In this document: piece after piece, positions 51,811 through 61,372 of the stretch
Layout of the letters: each line of letters starts with the position of its first letter
How positions within the stretch are numbered: the stretch's first letter is position 1
Virus record (IMG/VR): IMGVR_UViG_3300047476_002078
Span: 124,001-188,000 of that record
DNA: 64,000 nucleotides
Reading direction: 5' to 3' (one strand)
The notes under the pieces: generated by a model
Told to the model about the DNA's origin: nothing
The model's input: only the letters and a program-made list of their open reading frames with translations
Database searches by the model: none
Made by a program: the position numbers and the translations under genes

Positions 51811-52705
51811 ACCACTCCAATAAAAATTTAAACCCGTTGCAAGAATTTTCTAAACTTTTAACATCTCTATAATGTTCTGTTAGGCATGTTCCAAAATAAT
51901 CACATTTACTGCATATTTTGTTCTGTTTAACTTTTATTTTTTCATTTTCTCTCCATGTAAAATATTCTTCTATATTTTCCATTTCAACAAAATGTTCTCT
52001 ATCATCACTATCAAAATCTAAAATGCCAAATTTTCCTGAAGGTGTGATGTAAACGTGATTGTCAGAAAAAGCGTTTCGTTCTTTTTTTATACTCTCAACT
52101 ATGTTGAACTCATTAACGAATACAGACTTTAATTGTACTTTGTTATTCAAAAACTTTTTAATAAATTCTTCAAAGTCTTTAAAAGTAACATTTAAGCTAT
52201 TGTATTGATTTGTGCTATACGGCTTAATTTCTACAGACTTTACATTTGAGATACTGTTTAATGTTTGAATCATATAATCAACATCAATATTTATGAGGCA
52301 TGGAGAAGCCAACATCAATACAGCAATATGCTTGTTAAGAGAAAGCATATTGCTTAAAGTATTTTTAAACCCTGATCTACATTCAAAATCAAAGGATACT
52401 GAAACATCAACGTCTTCTCTCATTAACACATCTGTAATTTTGGTAAGATTAGTTATGATGTTTATTTTTCCGCCATAATACTTTTTAATTATTAAGAAAA
52501 GTTCATCCAAGTATTCTTTAGAAAGTAACTGTATTTCTCCTCCGTACAAGTCTATATGTTCTATTTTTTCATATTGTGAAATTTGTTTTAAACGCAAATC
52601 AATATCTTTTAGATCAGTTGTTTTTGGGTCACTTAATTTATCACCTAGATAACAAAAGGGGCATCTAAGATTGCAAAGATATGTCGGATTAAGAGACACA
52701 TTCAT
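51743..52705 (-). CDS. radical SAM enzyme 4 (partial SPASM/twitch-like C-terminus)
   Basis: CNLRCPFC, YGGE, C-terminal CSKCDYFGTC...SC. Confidence 0.9.
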   Translation of the reverse strand: MNVSLNPTYLCNLRCPFCYLGDKLSDPKTTDLKDIDLRLKQISQYEKIEHIDLYGGEIQLLSKEYLDELFLIIKKYYGGKINIITNLTKITDVLMREDVDVSVSFDFECRSGFKNTLSNMLSLNKHIAVLMLASPCLINIDVDYMIQTLNSISNVKSVEIKPYSTNQYNSLNVTFKDFEEFIKKFLNNKVQLKSVFVNEFNIVESIKKERNAFSDNHVYITPSGKFGILDFDSDDREHFVEMENIEEYFTWRENEKIKVKQNKICSKCDYFGTCLTEHYRDVKSLENSCNGFKFLLEWYERTQITTESLSSNPAHNRLNL

Positions 52706-53805
52706 GACTGTCCAATATCTTTAAAATATTCTTTAAAGTGCTCTTTAACATCGTCTTTAGCCGATGATAACTGTGATTCTAAGTCTTGTTTTACAGCCAC
52801 AAGTTTAAGAATATCATCTGCGTTACCTTTCATTATTTTACAATGTTCCTCTACCAAACCAAGCTTTTTGTAATCTTTAATAGTTTTGTGACAGCCATTG
52901 CAAATATCAAACATTGGACAAGTAAGACATTCATCTTTCATCCTTTGTAATTCATAATGTTGCTTCAAAGGGGTAAAGAAATTACCTTGTTTTACTTCTT
53001 GATCGAAATCAATTCTATACTTTCCTTCATCTTCAAAATCATCATCTCCAAAAGCTCCGCAAGAGTGATAAGCCCCATTAGGCTGAAGACATCGAATATG
53101 ACTGTCACACTCTCTTGCGAGAGGGCAAGTCGTTCCCATTTTTTTAATTCTGACAGTCATTTGTTTTGTGTTGTATTCCCAAGGAGCCAAACCTTCCTTA
53201 TATACATCAAGATATATTTTGTATATTTTTCCTAAAAGAAAAGGTTTTGATTGGTCGCCTGAAGCCATGGCATAGTTAAGCTTACACTCAACTCCCATTT
53301 TCTTAGCTAATCTCACATTATCTATTGCAGTATCTTCGTTTTCTTCTGTGATTACAGATATAAATCCGGGGCGGTATCCAACTTTTTCAAGAAATAAATC
53401 AGACACTTTCCAAAAAATATCCTCTGTGAAAACTTTGTTTTTTGTTATACGTCTAGTGTTTCCATAGTTAAAAGATGTGGCTACGCTTACCCTGTCTTGC
53501 CTTTTAAAAAGTTTTGTCCATTTATCAGGGTACTTATAAAAATCCCATAAATTTGTAGTGAAAGAAACTATAGCTGGATATTTGTTATCATCTAAATGTT
53601 TCACTAGCTCCCAATAATAATCAGGGTGGATTACAAGAGGGTCGCCTCCGTTCACAATAATTGTTCTGGTATCTGGAAATCTTTTTAAGAAATCCACAAT
53701 ATATTGCATTGGCAGTATTTGTTTTTTATCTTCTGAAATGTTGGTAGAGCTACAGAAAGTACAGGCAAAATTACAAACTTCTGTAGGTTTAATAATTAAG
53801 TCCAC
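52702..53805 (-). CDS. radical SAM/SPASM enzyme 3
   Basis: IKPTEVCNFACTFC, NGGDP, C..C..C-x-G-C region, CLTCPMFDICNGC. Confidence 0.93.
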   Translation of the reverse strand: MDLIIKPTEVCNFACTFCSSTNISEDKKQILPMQYIVDFLKRFPDTRTIIVNGGDPLVIHPDYYWELVKHLDDNKYPAIVSFTTNLWDFYKYPDKWTKLFKRQDRVSVATSFNYGNTRRITKNKVFTEDIFWKVSDLFLEKVGYRPGFISVITEENEDTAIDNVRLAKKMGVECKLNYAMASGDQSKPFLLGKIYKIYLDVYKEGLAPWEYNTKQMTVRIKKMGTTCPLARECDSHIRCLQPNGAYHSCGAFGDDDFEDEGKYRIDFDQEVKQGNFFTPLKQHYELQRMKDECLTCPMFDICNGCHKTIKDYKKLGLVEEHCKIMKGNADDILKLVAVKQDLESQLSSAKDDVKEHFKEYFKDIGQS

Positions 53806-54911
53806 TTTTTATCTATCTCCCTAAACATTATTTTATAAAGACATTCTGACAGTTGTTTTCTTTCTGCAAAATAAACATGATCTTCCATCACAAAACAAGA
53901 AAATCCACATCTTCCAAAAAACTCACAACTTAAACACTCTTTTTTTGTAACAAAAGATTCGATAATATTGGCATTACTTTCATAATTGATTTTATGTTCA
54001 AATTCGCTAGGGTTGTATTGGAGTTGTCTGCAAGTTAAAATTCTACCGTTAGGAAGAATCGTAATTTTGTTCAAACTCATACAGGTCATCTGGTTTACAT
54101 CATTTTCAATCCACTGTTTTATTGGCTGAATTTCTGGAAATTCATTAATAACTTTAAGCAAGAAATCCAAAATGTCTTTGTCTGAAGGTACTAGCAATTG
54201 AGCGTTAGTTTCAGGGGTGTAATAATCGAAACTTATAGGAAAACCTTCATCATACAAGTATTTAAAGTAACTTGTATCAGAATTTAAAAACTTTTCGATA
54301 GTAGGTTTGGTCAAAACTAAATTAATAGTTCCTATATGCTTTTTAAATTTTATTATGTTTTTATGCCATAAGGTATTAACGTGATGAGCTACTGCTCGAC
54401 CATGAAAATCAAGAGAGGTTGTAATGCAAAATTCTATATTATTATTTTCTAATTTATTTAAAAACTCTTCAACTTTTTCTACTTCAGTAAAAAGACAATT
54501 TGTAACTAAAACAATATTGGCTTGTTTATTTAGTGTTTTAGCATGTGAATCAACTTTTTTTATCAATTCAAAATAGTCATCAAATTTGTTTCTTCCATCT
54601 TGAAAAATTTCTCCGCCCATTAGACAGATATTAAAACGAGTGCAAGAATTATCACTGATAAATTGATTGATAGGTTCAGCTTTTTCAATAATTTCTTCAA
54701 GACCTGTGGTATCATCGTGATCTTGCCAGCAAAAAGCACAACGTAAATTGCAAGCTTGAAAAAGACTTACTTCTACTTCTGCTTCAGAAGGAACTTTAGT
54801 TCGTAATAAAGACTTTATGTAATTTTCATCAACAGGACTTTGAAGTTTTGATTCCTTAAACTCTTGATAAGTTTTAGGTCCTTCTGTCACTATTGGAATT
54901 TTTTTCTTCAT
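53796..54911 (-). CDS. radical SAM/SPASM enzyme 2
   Basis: CNLRCAFC, MGGE, CMS...PNGRILTC, CLSCEFFGRCGFSC...C. Confidence 0.92.
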   Translation of the reverse strand: MKKKIPIVTEGPKTYQEFKESKLQSPVDENYIKSLLRTKVPSEAEVEVSLFQACNLRCAFCWQDHDDTTGLEEIIEKAEPINQFISDNSCTRFNICLMGGEIFQDGRNKFDDYFELIKKVDSHAKTLNKQANIVLVTNCLFTEVEKVEEFLNKLENNNIEFCITTSLDFHGRAVAHHVNTLWHKNIIKFKKHIGTINLVLTKPTIEKFLNSDTSYFKYLYDEGFPISFDYYTPETNAQLLVPSDKDILDFLLKVINEFPEIQPIKQWIENDVNQMTCMSLNKITILPNGRILTCRQLQYNPSEFEHKINYESNANIIESFVTKKECLSCEFFGRCGFSCFVMEDHVYFAERKQLSECLYKIMFREIDKKWT

Positions 54912-55086
54912 CTAAATATTTTCCCCACTTACCAATGGGACATTCGCTATTTTTAAGTCTGGCTTTTACAACCATGAAACAGCCACACTTTCCGCAAACA
55001 TCCATCTTTAACGGTTGCTTTAATTCTGGACAAGCTCTACAAATACCTATTCGATATTCGTAATTTTCTTCATCAACAAAAATCAA
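54874..55086 (-). CDS. small Cys-rich protein (DUF6171-like, tentative)
   Basis: RIGICRACP...CGKCGCFMVVKARLKNSECPIGKW. Confidence 0.75.
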   Translation of the reverse strand: MIFVDEENYEYRIGICRACPELKQPLKMDVCGKCGCFMVVKARLKNSECPIGKWGKYLDEEKNSNSDRRT

Positions 55087-55868
55087 ACAATACCTTCGGA
55101 TACCACAGCTTCATCAATTTTTTGTTCAATTAACGAAAGCTCTTGGCTCACTTTAGCAATCATATCAGGAGTAATATCCCCATTTGCTAAAGCGTCTATA
55201 CCTAAACATAAAGGGTTTTTTGAATTTAAAATATAATGAGTGAGCATTAATCCTTTAAAAGCCCCTTCCTCAAACTGCATCTTGAACCATTTCAAAGGGT
55301 GTTTACTAGGCTTACTTACAAACGCCTCAATGAATCCTTCAATTTGGATTACATTCAGTACATTAACTGTGATATACATAGCATCATTTACTTCTTCAAA
55401 TTCATCCAATGATATTTGAGGGTCGAAGGCTCGGACATACAAAAGCAAAATAGAATCTAAAAAAGTTGCCCACTTCTCCACCACTTCAGGATATTTGGCA
55501 ATAAATTCAGGTATTTCTTCATTGGATAAAACACTCTTTTCGATGACACTAATATGATCTACCTCTTTATAAAAAAGCATTATGTGTGCAATTGTTTGTG
55601 AAAGAGGTATAGATGCGTTGAAAGCTCTTAGTTTCATAAAAGCTGCTATAAAATCGTGTTTTTCAACTGTCGATGTTTCTGATAAATCAAAATCTGGATT
55701 TAACTCTAGGTTTGCTAGATATGTTAAAAGCTGATCTCCTTTTATTGAACTATTTGCATAATCCACAGTGTATTTAATTTTTTCTCTATTCATGAAAACT
55801 TCTTTCATGAGATCAACACTTAAAGGAATTGTTACACGTCTTTCAATAAATTCTACATTTGTTTCCAT
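55083..55868 (-). CDS. hypothetical protein within the radical SAM cluster
   Basis: Start re-assigned to METNVEF (ATG 55868); its AGGAG RBS lies in the last codons of the precursor gene. Confidence 0.8.
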   Translation of the reverse strand: METNVEFIERRVTIPLSVDLMKEVFMNREKIKYTVDYANSSIKGDQLLTYLANLELNPDFDLSETSTVEKHDFIAAFMKLRAFNASIPLSQTIAHIMLFYKEVDHISVIEKSVLSNEEIPEFIAKYPEVVEKWATFLDSILLLYVRAFDPQISLDEFEEVNDAMYITVNVLNVIQIEGFIEAFVSKPSKHPLKWFKMQFEEGAFKGLMLTHYILNSKNPLCLGIDALANGDITPDMIAKVSQELSLIEQKIDEAVVSEGIV

Positions 55869-55869
55869 T

Positions 55870-56427
55870 TTATCTCCTAGCTCTACTGCTATGGCATGAA
55901 CTGTGGCATGAACTGTGGCATGAGCTATGACATGAACAGTGACACCCATCTTGTGTTATACAAGCGACTCTGTAAGCCGCACCTTCTGAAAGGTCAGCGA
56001 TATTCTTTAAAGTAGTAACAAAGTTATTCAAAGCTGTAGCTGATACTACCCCTTGAGGTCCGGGCGTTGTATCTATTTGAGAAGTTAAAGCGGAAACATA
56101 GTAAGCACTTGTTAAAGCAGCAACACGGATACCATTATATACTGAGTAGTTTCCACACGAAGGATTGTATCTTCCCGACTCTAGCTGTCTGATTCTAGTT
56201 GATTCTTTGGCAAAATTTCTAATTTGCGTAATTACTTCATTAGCCGTTAAAACCGAACTCAGATTACTTTCGCCCATGGGAGTTAATTGTGTGTCCAAAG
56301 TACCACAATTAGGTTCGATGGAAGAATCTGTCCACCAAACAACTCTACTATTTTTGGGTGTAACTATATCATTATTAACATCGTTGATTATACCTGCTTT
56401 GGTAATAATCGTTCCTTGAATAGCCAT
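55870..56427 (-). CDS. candidate RiPP-like precursor/substrate with C-terminal CHxS repeats
   Basis: 185 aa ending GCHCSCHSSCHSSCHSSCHSSRARR; directly downstream of rSAM-1. Confidence 0.75.
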   Translation of the reverse strand: MAIQGTIITKAGIINDVNNDIVTPKNSRVVWWTDSSIEPNCGTLDTQLTPMGESNLSSVLTANEVITQIRNFAKESTRIRQLESGRYNPSCGNYSVYNGIRVAALTSAYYVSALTSQIDTTPGPQGVVSATALNNFVTTLKNIADLSEGAAYRVACITQDGCHCSCHSSCHSSCHSSCHSSRARR

Positions 56428-56436
56428 TAAAAACTC

Positions 56437-57522
56437 CTACTCTTGCCCGATGAAACCGTTTAAAACAGTTCTCATAAGGGTTGCATCTCCATAAGGAAAT
56501 TCTTTATTATATTTAAGCTTTTGCATTAAAGTTTTAGGAGCAGGGCAAACATCTCCATCCCAAGCTAGTTGGTGACAATCCCCATTACAAATATCGAAAA
56601 CATCGCATCCATAACAGCCCGGATTTCTAACTGCTTCACAAGCAATTTCCTTCATTCTTCCTTTTGAATACATGATTTCCAGAATTGGATAGTCTATGTA
56701 TCCATAAGGTTTTTCGACCGCAGAATTTGGACACCCTCCAACAGTTCCGTCAGCATTGAGTGTGAATATTTTTTGCTCACATGTTCTGCACCGACATCCG
56801 CTGTGGGTACTGTGAACTAAAGGTGAGAGGATAGAATTGAAAAATAAATTTTGAATTTTTTCATGATATTTATTCTCTATCGTCTGTTCCCACATCTTTA
56901 GAAAATAGTCTTGTAAATTTTTGTTTCCTGCGGCTAGATCATTATTACTTCTAGCGTTACCATTTGGAGTCATTCTTTCAAAATTAAGATAAGTGACTCC
57001 TAAATCAATCATTTTTTCTATGATTTGTTTTGGCTCTAATTCAAGAGTTTTAGAAGTAAGTGAAACCATAACTGTAACAGGGTATCCAAGCTTAACAAGA
57101 GTTCGGACATTATTCTCCCACAGTTCTTCAGCCTTTCTATTCGGAAATCTGATTTTATAATCCCATGAAGTTCCAAAGCTGTTTCTTTTTAACACCTCAT
57201 CGAAAAAAGCAATTTTAGCATCATCCAGTCTGTAGGTTAGGTTGGTTTGAATACCCCACCAAACCTCATCCCAAAGAGGGCTTACCTCTCTGTAAACTTT
57301 TAGCATATCTTCAATAGGAGCAAGCATAGGCTCTCCTCCGTGAAAGGATATGTGTCCACCTTTTTTAAAATTAGGAACGACTTCTTTTAATCTCTTGAAA
57401 AAACTAATAGTTTTATCTGGATTAAAAAATACTTTTTTGCCTTGAGAGCCGCTGGTGAAGCAATGCTCACAGTTTAACTGACATGTTTCTGTTGTTTTTA
57501 AATATACCATCAACTCATTCAT
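56437..57522 (-). CDS. radical SAM/SPASM enzyme 1
   Basis: LKTTETCQLNCEHC, FHGGEP, QTNL, CRCRTC...DGTVGGCPN, CYGCDVFDICNGDC...C. Confidence 0.95.
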   Translation of the reverse strand: MNELMVYLKTTETCQLNCEHCFTSGSQGKKVFFNPDKTISFFKRLKEVVPNFKKGGHISFHGGEPMLAPIEDMLKVYREVSPLWDEVWWGIQTNLTYRLDDAKIAFFDEVLKRNSFGTSWDYKIRFPNRKAEELWENNVRTLVKLGYPVTVMVSLTSKTLELEPKQIIEKMIDLGVTYLNFERMTPNGNARSNNDLAAGNKNLQDYFLKMWEQTIENKYHEKIQNLFFNSILSPLVHSTHSGCRCRTCEQKIFTLNADGTVGGCPNSAVEKPYGYIDYPILEIMYSKGRMKEIACEAVRNPGCYGCDVFDICNGDCHQLAWDGDVCPAPKTLMQKLKYNKEFPYGDATLMRTVLNGFIGQE

Positions 57523-57557
57523 AAAAACCTCTCGTTACCGTAACATTTTGTAAAAAA

Positions 57558-58109
57558 TTACAAGTCAACTGCGTTTTCTGGTTTTTCCGATTTTTTACAA
57601 CTGTCACTACAAAATTTTGCGTACTTACCTTTTATAGTAAAATAACTTCCACAGGATTGGCAATTTTTTAACAAGTCTGTACCGTAATATTTGCAGAACA
57701 AGCTAAAGTTGTACAAGATAATTCCAGTTATCCAGTCTCCGTTAGCATCTCCAATTTTTACGAAACGCTGTATATTACCTTTTTTATCTTCTTCTTTAAT
57801 CTCTCTTAAAGAAGATAAATAGAAATTAGCCCATTGCCCAAAATCCTTATCGAATTTTTTAAAGTTCATGATGTGATCTATATGATCTTTGAACTTTTTT
57901 TGAACAAGTCTAAAAGCTTCTAAATGATGTTCTTTGAAACTTTCTTTTCGTTCATTAACGGACACTTTGTCAGACTCATCGTTAAAAACAGAACCTAACT
58001 TCTCTAAGAGATTTGTAACATACTCTTCTGATATTTTAGAATTTAAAAATTTAACGAACAAAGGTTCTTCTTTTGGAAGAATACTTTTAGATTTCTTTTT
58101 TTCAGCCAA
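57558..58109 (-). CDS. protein with C-terminal treble-clef (CGNR-like) zinc finger
   Basis: CQSCGSYF...AKFCSDSCK; track start is TTG, so the true start is uncertain. Confidence 0.6.
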   Translation of the reverse strand: MAEKKKSKSILPKEEPLFVKFLNSKISEEYVTNLLEKLGSVFNDESDKVSVNERKESFKEHHLEAFRLVQKKFKDHIDHIMNFKKFDKDFGQWANFYLSSLREIKEEDKKGNIQRFVKIGDANGDWITGIILYNFSLFCKYYGTDLLKNCQSCGSYFTIKGKYAKFCSDSCKKSEKPENAVDL

Positions 58110-58113
58110 TTTT

Positions 58114-58962
58114 TCATCCCTTGTTTTGCAATACCGAGACTATTTTTTCGCAAATATCGTCAGGGAGTCTTGGTATTTCTATTTTTATCTTTATTATATG
58201 ATCTCCGTAACTATTTTTTCTGTTATCAAATAACCCCTTGCCTTTTAACCGTAACATCTGTTCAGGTTGTACGCATCTAGGTATTTGAACTTCTATTTTG
58301 CCGTGCAAAGTATCAGCCGTAATAGTGCTATTGTCAAAGACTTTAATGAAAGGCAAATTTACTGTTGAATATACGGTTGTTCCATTTATTTCAAAAATGC
58401 TATGAGGAGCGACTTGAATATTAACGATTACATCTTTTTCTTCTGCGATTAATGTTGTTCCTGAAGTAACGCTACGTGGTATAGAAACACTTGTTTGTTT
58501 GTGTGTGCTCGTTGAACCTACTCCGAAACATCTATCACAACTAGAGATAGCTCGACCTGTTTTATCGAAAGTTGTAGCTCCTGTTCCTCCACAATAATGA
58601 CAAGTTTCATTGATTTTATATTGAATAGTTTTGGTAACACCTTGAAATGCTTCTTCTAAAGTAAGAACAATACTAATATGTACTGTTTTCTTTCTGACGC
58701 TTCCCTGCATATTTGTAAAGAAGTCTTTAAAGTAAGTTTCAAGGTCGGAATCCCAAACAAAACTACCATGTGATCTGTTTTTATAAGACTTAACTTTTTG
58801 TTCAGTGTTTATGAGTTCGTAAGCTGATTGTATCTCACGAAATTTATCCTCATCTCCACCGCTTTTGTCTGGGTGATATTTTAGAGCTAAGGTTCGATAA
58901 GCTTTTTTAATTTCTTGCTGTGTAGCATTTTCAGAAACGCCGAGGATTTCAAACGGGTTCAT
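58114..58962 (-). CDS. dnaJ: DnaJ-class co-chaperone
   Basis: J domain with HPD, CxxCxGxG repeats (CHYCGGTG, CDRCFGVG), C-terminal LRLKGKGL. Confidence 0.93.
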   Translation of the reverse strand: MNPFEILGVSENATQQEIKKAYRTLALKYHPDKSGGDEDKFREIQSAYELINTEQKVKSYKNRSHGSFVWDSDLETYFKDFFTNMQGSVRKKTVHISIVLTLEEAFQGVTKTIQYKINETCHYCGGTGATTFDKTGRAISSCDRCFGVGSTSTHKQTSVSIPRSVTSGTTLIAEEKDVIVNIQVAPHSIFEINGTTVYSTVNLPFIKVFDNSTITADTLHGKIEVQIPRCVQPEQMLRLKGKGLFDNRKNSYGDHIIKIKIEIPRLPDDICEKIVSVLQNKG

Positions 58963-59342
58963 TTGCCTTCCTCAAACTTTCCCATTAAATCCGATATTAA
59001 ATTATCGAGTTCATCCAAATCTTTATACAACTGTTTTTTATTTGTTTCTAAATTAAGATTTACGGTAATTATTTTGGAATTTTTAGAACAGTGTGGGCAG
59101 ATACCTGCTAAGGTTTCTTTGAACATATAGTTACCGTTAATTAAATCCAAATCTATTGATTTGTTTTCAGAAAAATATTGAAAATGGTTTAAATTAGAAT
59201 TTAATGAATAGGTTACTCCGTTTATAATAACGTCTAAGAGAAACCCTTCAAAAAGGAATCGAGAACATTCTTTATTTTCGCACGTAAATACTTGGTTTGT
59301 TTTCATACACTTATTATATGAATCAGTTAGAATTTGAATCAC
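58959..59342 (-). CDS. zinc-ribbon hypothetical protein
   Basis: CENKEC and CPHC; true start probably MKTNQ near 59306. Confidence 0.6.
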   Translation of the reverse strand: MIQILTDSYNKCMKTNQVFTCENKECSRFLFEGFLLDVIINGVTYSLNSNLNHFQYFSENKSIDLDLINGNYMFKETLAGICPHCSKNSKIITVNLNLETNKKQLYKDLDELDNLISDLMGKFEEGK

Positions 59343-59620
59343 ATTTTAAAAAATTGTGGGAAAATCTGAAACTTTATAACCACATCGTAAAAAATTTGAA
59401 GAAACGAAATAATGCAAAGCAGGCTTCGGAAATAGCTGACAATTTTGAACGGGAAATAAAAAAAGATATTATACAGGATTTATTGAATTGGTATGTTTTA
59501 AAAAAACATTTTGGCGAAGAAATAGATGAAAACATTATCCGTAACGATGTTGTGCATAGAATTAATGGGGAACTGGCAAAGCTTGGAGTTCCTATGTTAG
59601 ATACTTCTATTTTACGGTAG
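59297..59620 (+). CDS. hypothetical protein
   Basis: True start probably ATG near 59317. Confidence 0.65.
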   Translation: MFSYTYYMNQLEFESHFKKLWENLKLYNHIVKNLKKRNNAKQASEIADNFEREIKKDIIQDLLNWYVLKKHFGEEIDENIIRNDVVHRINGELAKLGVPMLDTSILR

Positions 59621-59641
59621 AAACAATTTACCGTAGATTTT

Positions 59642-60334
59642 TTGAAAATATATTTGTATTCTTTTTTAATGATAGGATTCTTCAAAAAACACGCTGAAAA
59701 TATAAATGACTCTGAATTTATAGATTACATCAATACTCAAAGAAATTTACAAATAGATGATATTATTCCTTATGAAGTAGGTTACTACAGATGGAACCCT
59801 GCCGATAAAAAGAACTATAAAATCCAACCGTTTTTTGACAAGTCTGTATTTTTACCTATTTTTGATGATTTACTTACTCCTGTAGGTTTTGAATTAAGAA
59901 GCATTAAAGAAAAGAACCATTTCAAATATTTTGTTCCAAATGCAAGGTATCATTTTTACGGTTTAAATAAACGATCTCTGCAATCAATTTGGGAAACAGA
60001 AACAGTTTTTTTAACTGAAGGAACTTTTGATGCTATGACATTAGGTATTTGGAAACCTAATGTTTTAAGTCTCATGACAAACAAAGTTTCACAAAGCCAA
60101 AAATTATTTTTGAAAAGATATGTTACGGATATTTTCCTTTGTCTTGATTGGGACAAGGGAGGAATACGGGAAGAAAAGTTTATTATTGAAGATTTACAAA
60201 ATTACGGTTTTAATGTTAAAAAATTTCCTTACATTAGAGGAATAGATAACGCTAAAGATGCAAATCAATTTTTAAAACAGAGTGGAAGAGAAAAATTTTT
60301 AAGACAGATAAATGTAAGATTTAAAGAAATGTGA
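59642..60334 (+). CDS. dnaG: DnaG-like primase, catalytic core/Toprim
   Basis: FLPIFD...VGF..R, KYF, FYGL, VFLTEGTFDA, LCLDWDKGG, KDAN motifs. Confidence 0.75.
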   Translation: MKIYLYSFLMIGFFKKHAENINDSEFIDYINTQRNLQIDDIIPYEVGYYRWNPADKKNYKIQPFFDKSVFLPIFDDLLTPVGFELRSIKEKNHFKYFVPNARYHFYGLNKRSLQSIWETETVFLTEGTFDAMTLGIWKPNVLSLMTNKVSQSQKLFLKRYVTDIFLCLDWDKGGIREEKFIIEDLQNYGFNVKKFPYIRGIDNAKDANQFLKQSGREKFLRQINVRFKEM

Positions 60335-60340
60335 GGTTAT

Positions 60341-61372
60341 ATGGGTTTATTAAAAAAAGCAGCTACTTTTTCCGTAATTCAGGTTCAGGGAAATATTCCT
60401 GATCTTAATACGTTAAAGTCTTCAATCGAAGGTTCAACTACTCCAAATATTGAAGGGAGTACCGCTCCCGAATGTTTTAGTTTTTGTAAAATTAATGATG
60501 TGTTTGATAAAGAAGTTATTCAAGGAGATCAAACTATTGCGTTTGGGTTGAGACACGATAAAAAGGTCGTATCTAAATCCTTATTCAAAAAGAAATATTC
60601 TGAAGGTTTGAAAAAATTAAAAGTTGAAGCAAAGCAAGCAAAAAGAAAAGTTGAAAAAGATGAAAAGGTGATTCTCAAAGACAACATTTTAGCAAATCTT
60701 TATGCTGGGGCAAAACCTTTAGAAAAACTAATAGAAATTTTATGGGACACTGAAACTAAAACTATCTACGTAGGTACTGCTAACAAAGCTTTAATTGATG
60801 CCTTTGTTTCTCAATGCACTAAACTATTTCCAGAGATGGAACTTATTAGATGGCAACCTTTAAGCCCAGAAACTCAAAACTCAGATGTAAAAGGCAGTAA
60901 AGATAATTTTCAAAATGCTTTCTTTACTTGGGTTTACTATGAAACAAAAATCAATAAAGATAAATTTTGGATTCCTTTAAACATTACATTTGTGAATGAT
61001 TCAGCACAAGTTTCAATTAAAGGTGATACCGATATATCACTAGAATCTTATCTTTCAATTTACCACGGAAGATTGGTTGATAGCTTAGATATTGGTTATA
61101 GTGATGATGACCAGCAATATGAAATGACTCTGACTAGAGGAACATGGGCATTTAAAAAGTTTTTAACAAAACCTGAAATAGTCCACGAGAATTTAGATTC
61201 CGCTGCATTTGAAAGATCAAAATTATTTAAAGAAGTTACCGACAAATTCACAAAATTAGTTAAAGAGTTTGAAGAAATTAGAAATAATGATGATAAGAAT
61301 AGAAAATTTTGGAAATCTTTATCTGATATGGCATCGCAAAAAATAAAAGAAAGCTTAGGAGAATCTTTATGA
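60341..61372 (+). CDS. RdgC-like recombination-associated protein (tentative)
   Basis: FGLRHDKKVV...coiled coil...ILWD...IYVGTA..A pattern resembles RdgC. Confidence 0.5.
   Translation: MGLLKKAATFSVIQVQGNIPDLNTLKSSIEGSTTPNIEGSTAPECFSFCKINDVFDKEVIQGDQTIAFGLRHDKKVVSKSLFKKKYSEGLKKLKVEAKQAKRKVEKDEKVILKDNILANLYAGAKPLEKLIEILWDTETKTIYVGTANKALIDAFVSQCTKLFPEMELIRWQPLSPETQNSDVKGSKDNFQNAFFTWVYYETKINKDKFWIPLNITFVNDSAQVSIKGDTDISLESYLSIYHGRLVDSLDIGYSDDDQQYEMTLTRGTWAFKKFLTKPEIVHENLDSAAFERSKLFKEVTDKFTKLVKEFEEIRNNDDKNRKFWKSLSDMASQKIKESLGESL

Noticed and set aside
55869-55949. HATVHATVHA repeat at the N-terminus of track ORF 55083..55949
   Set aside because: It is the alternative frame of the CHSS repeat; the RBS and ATG at 55868 give a better start
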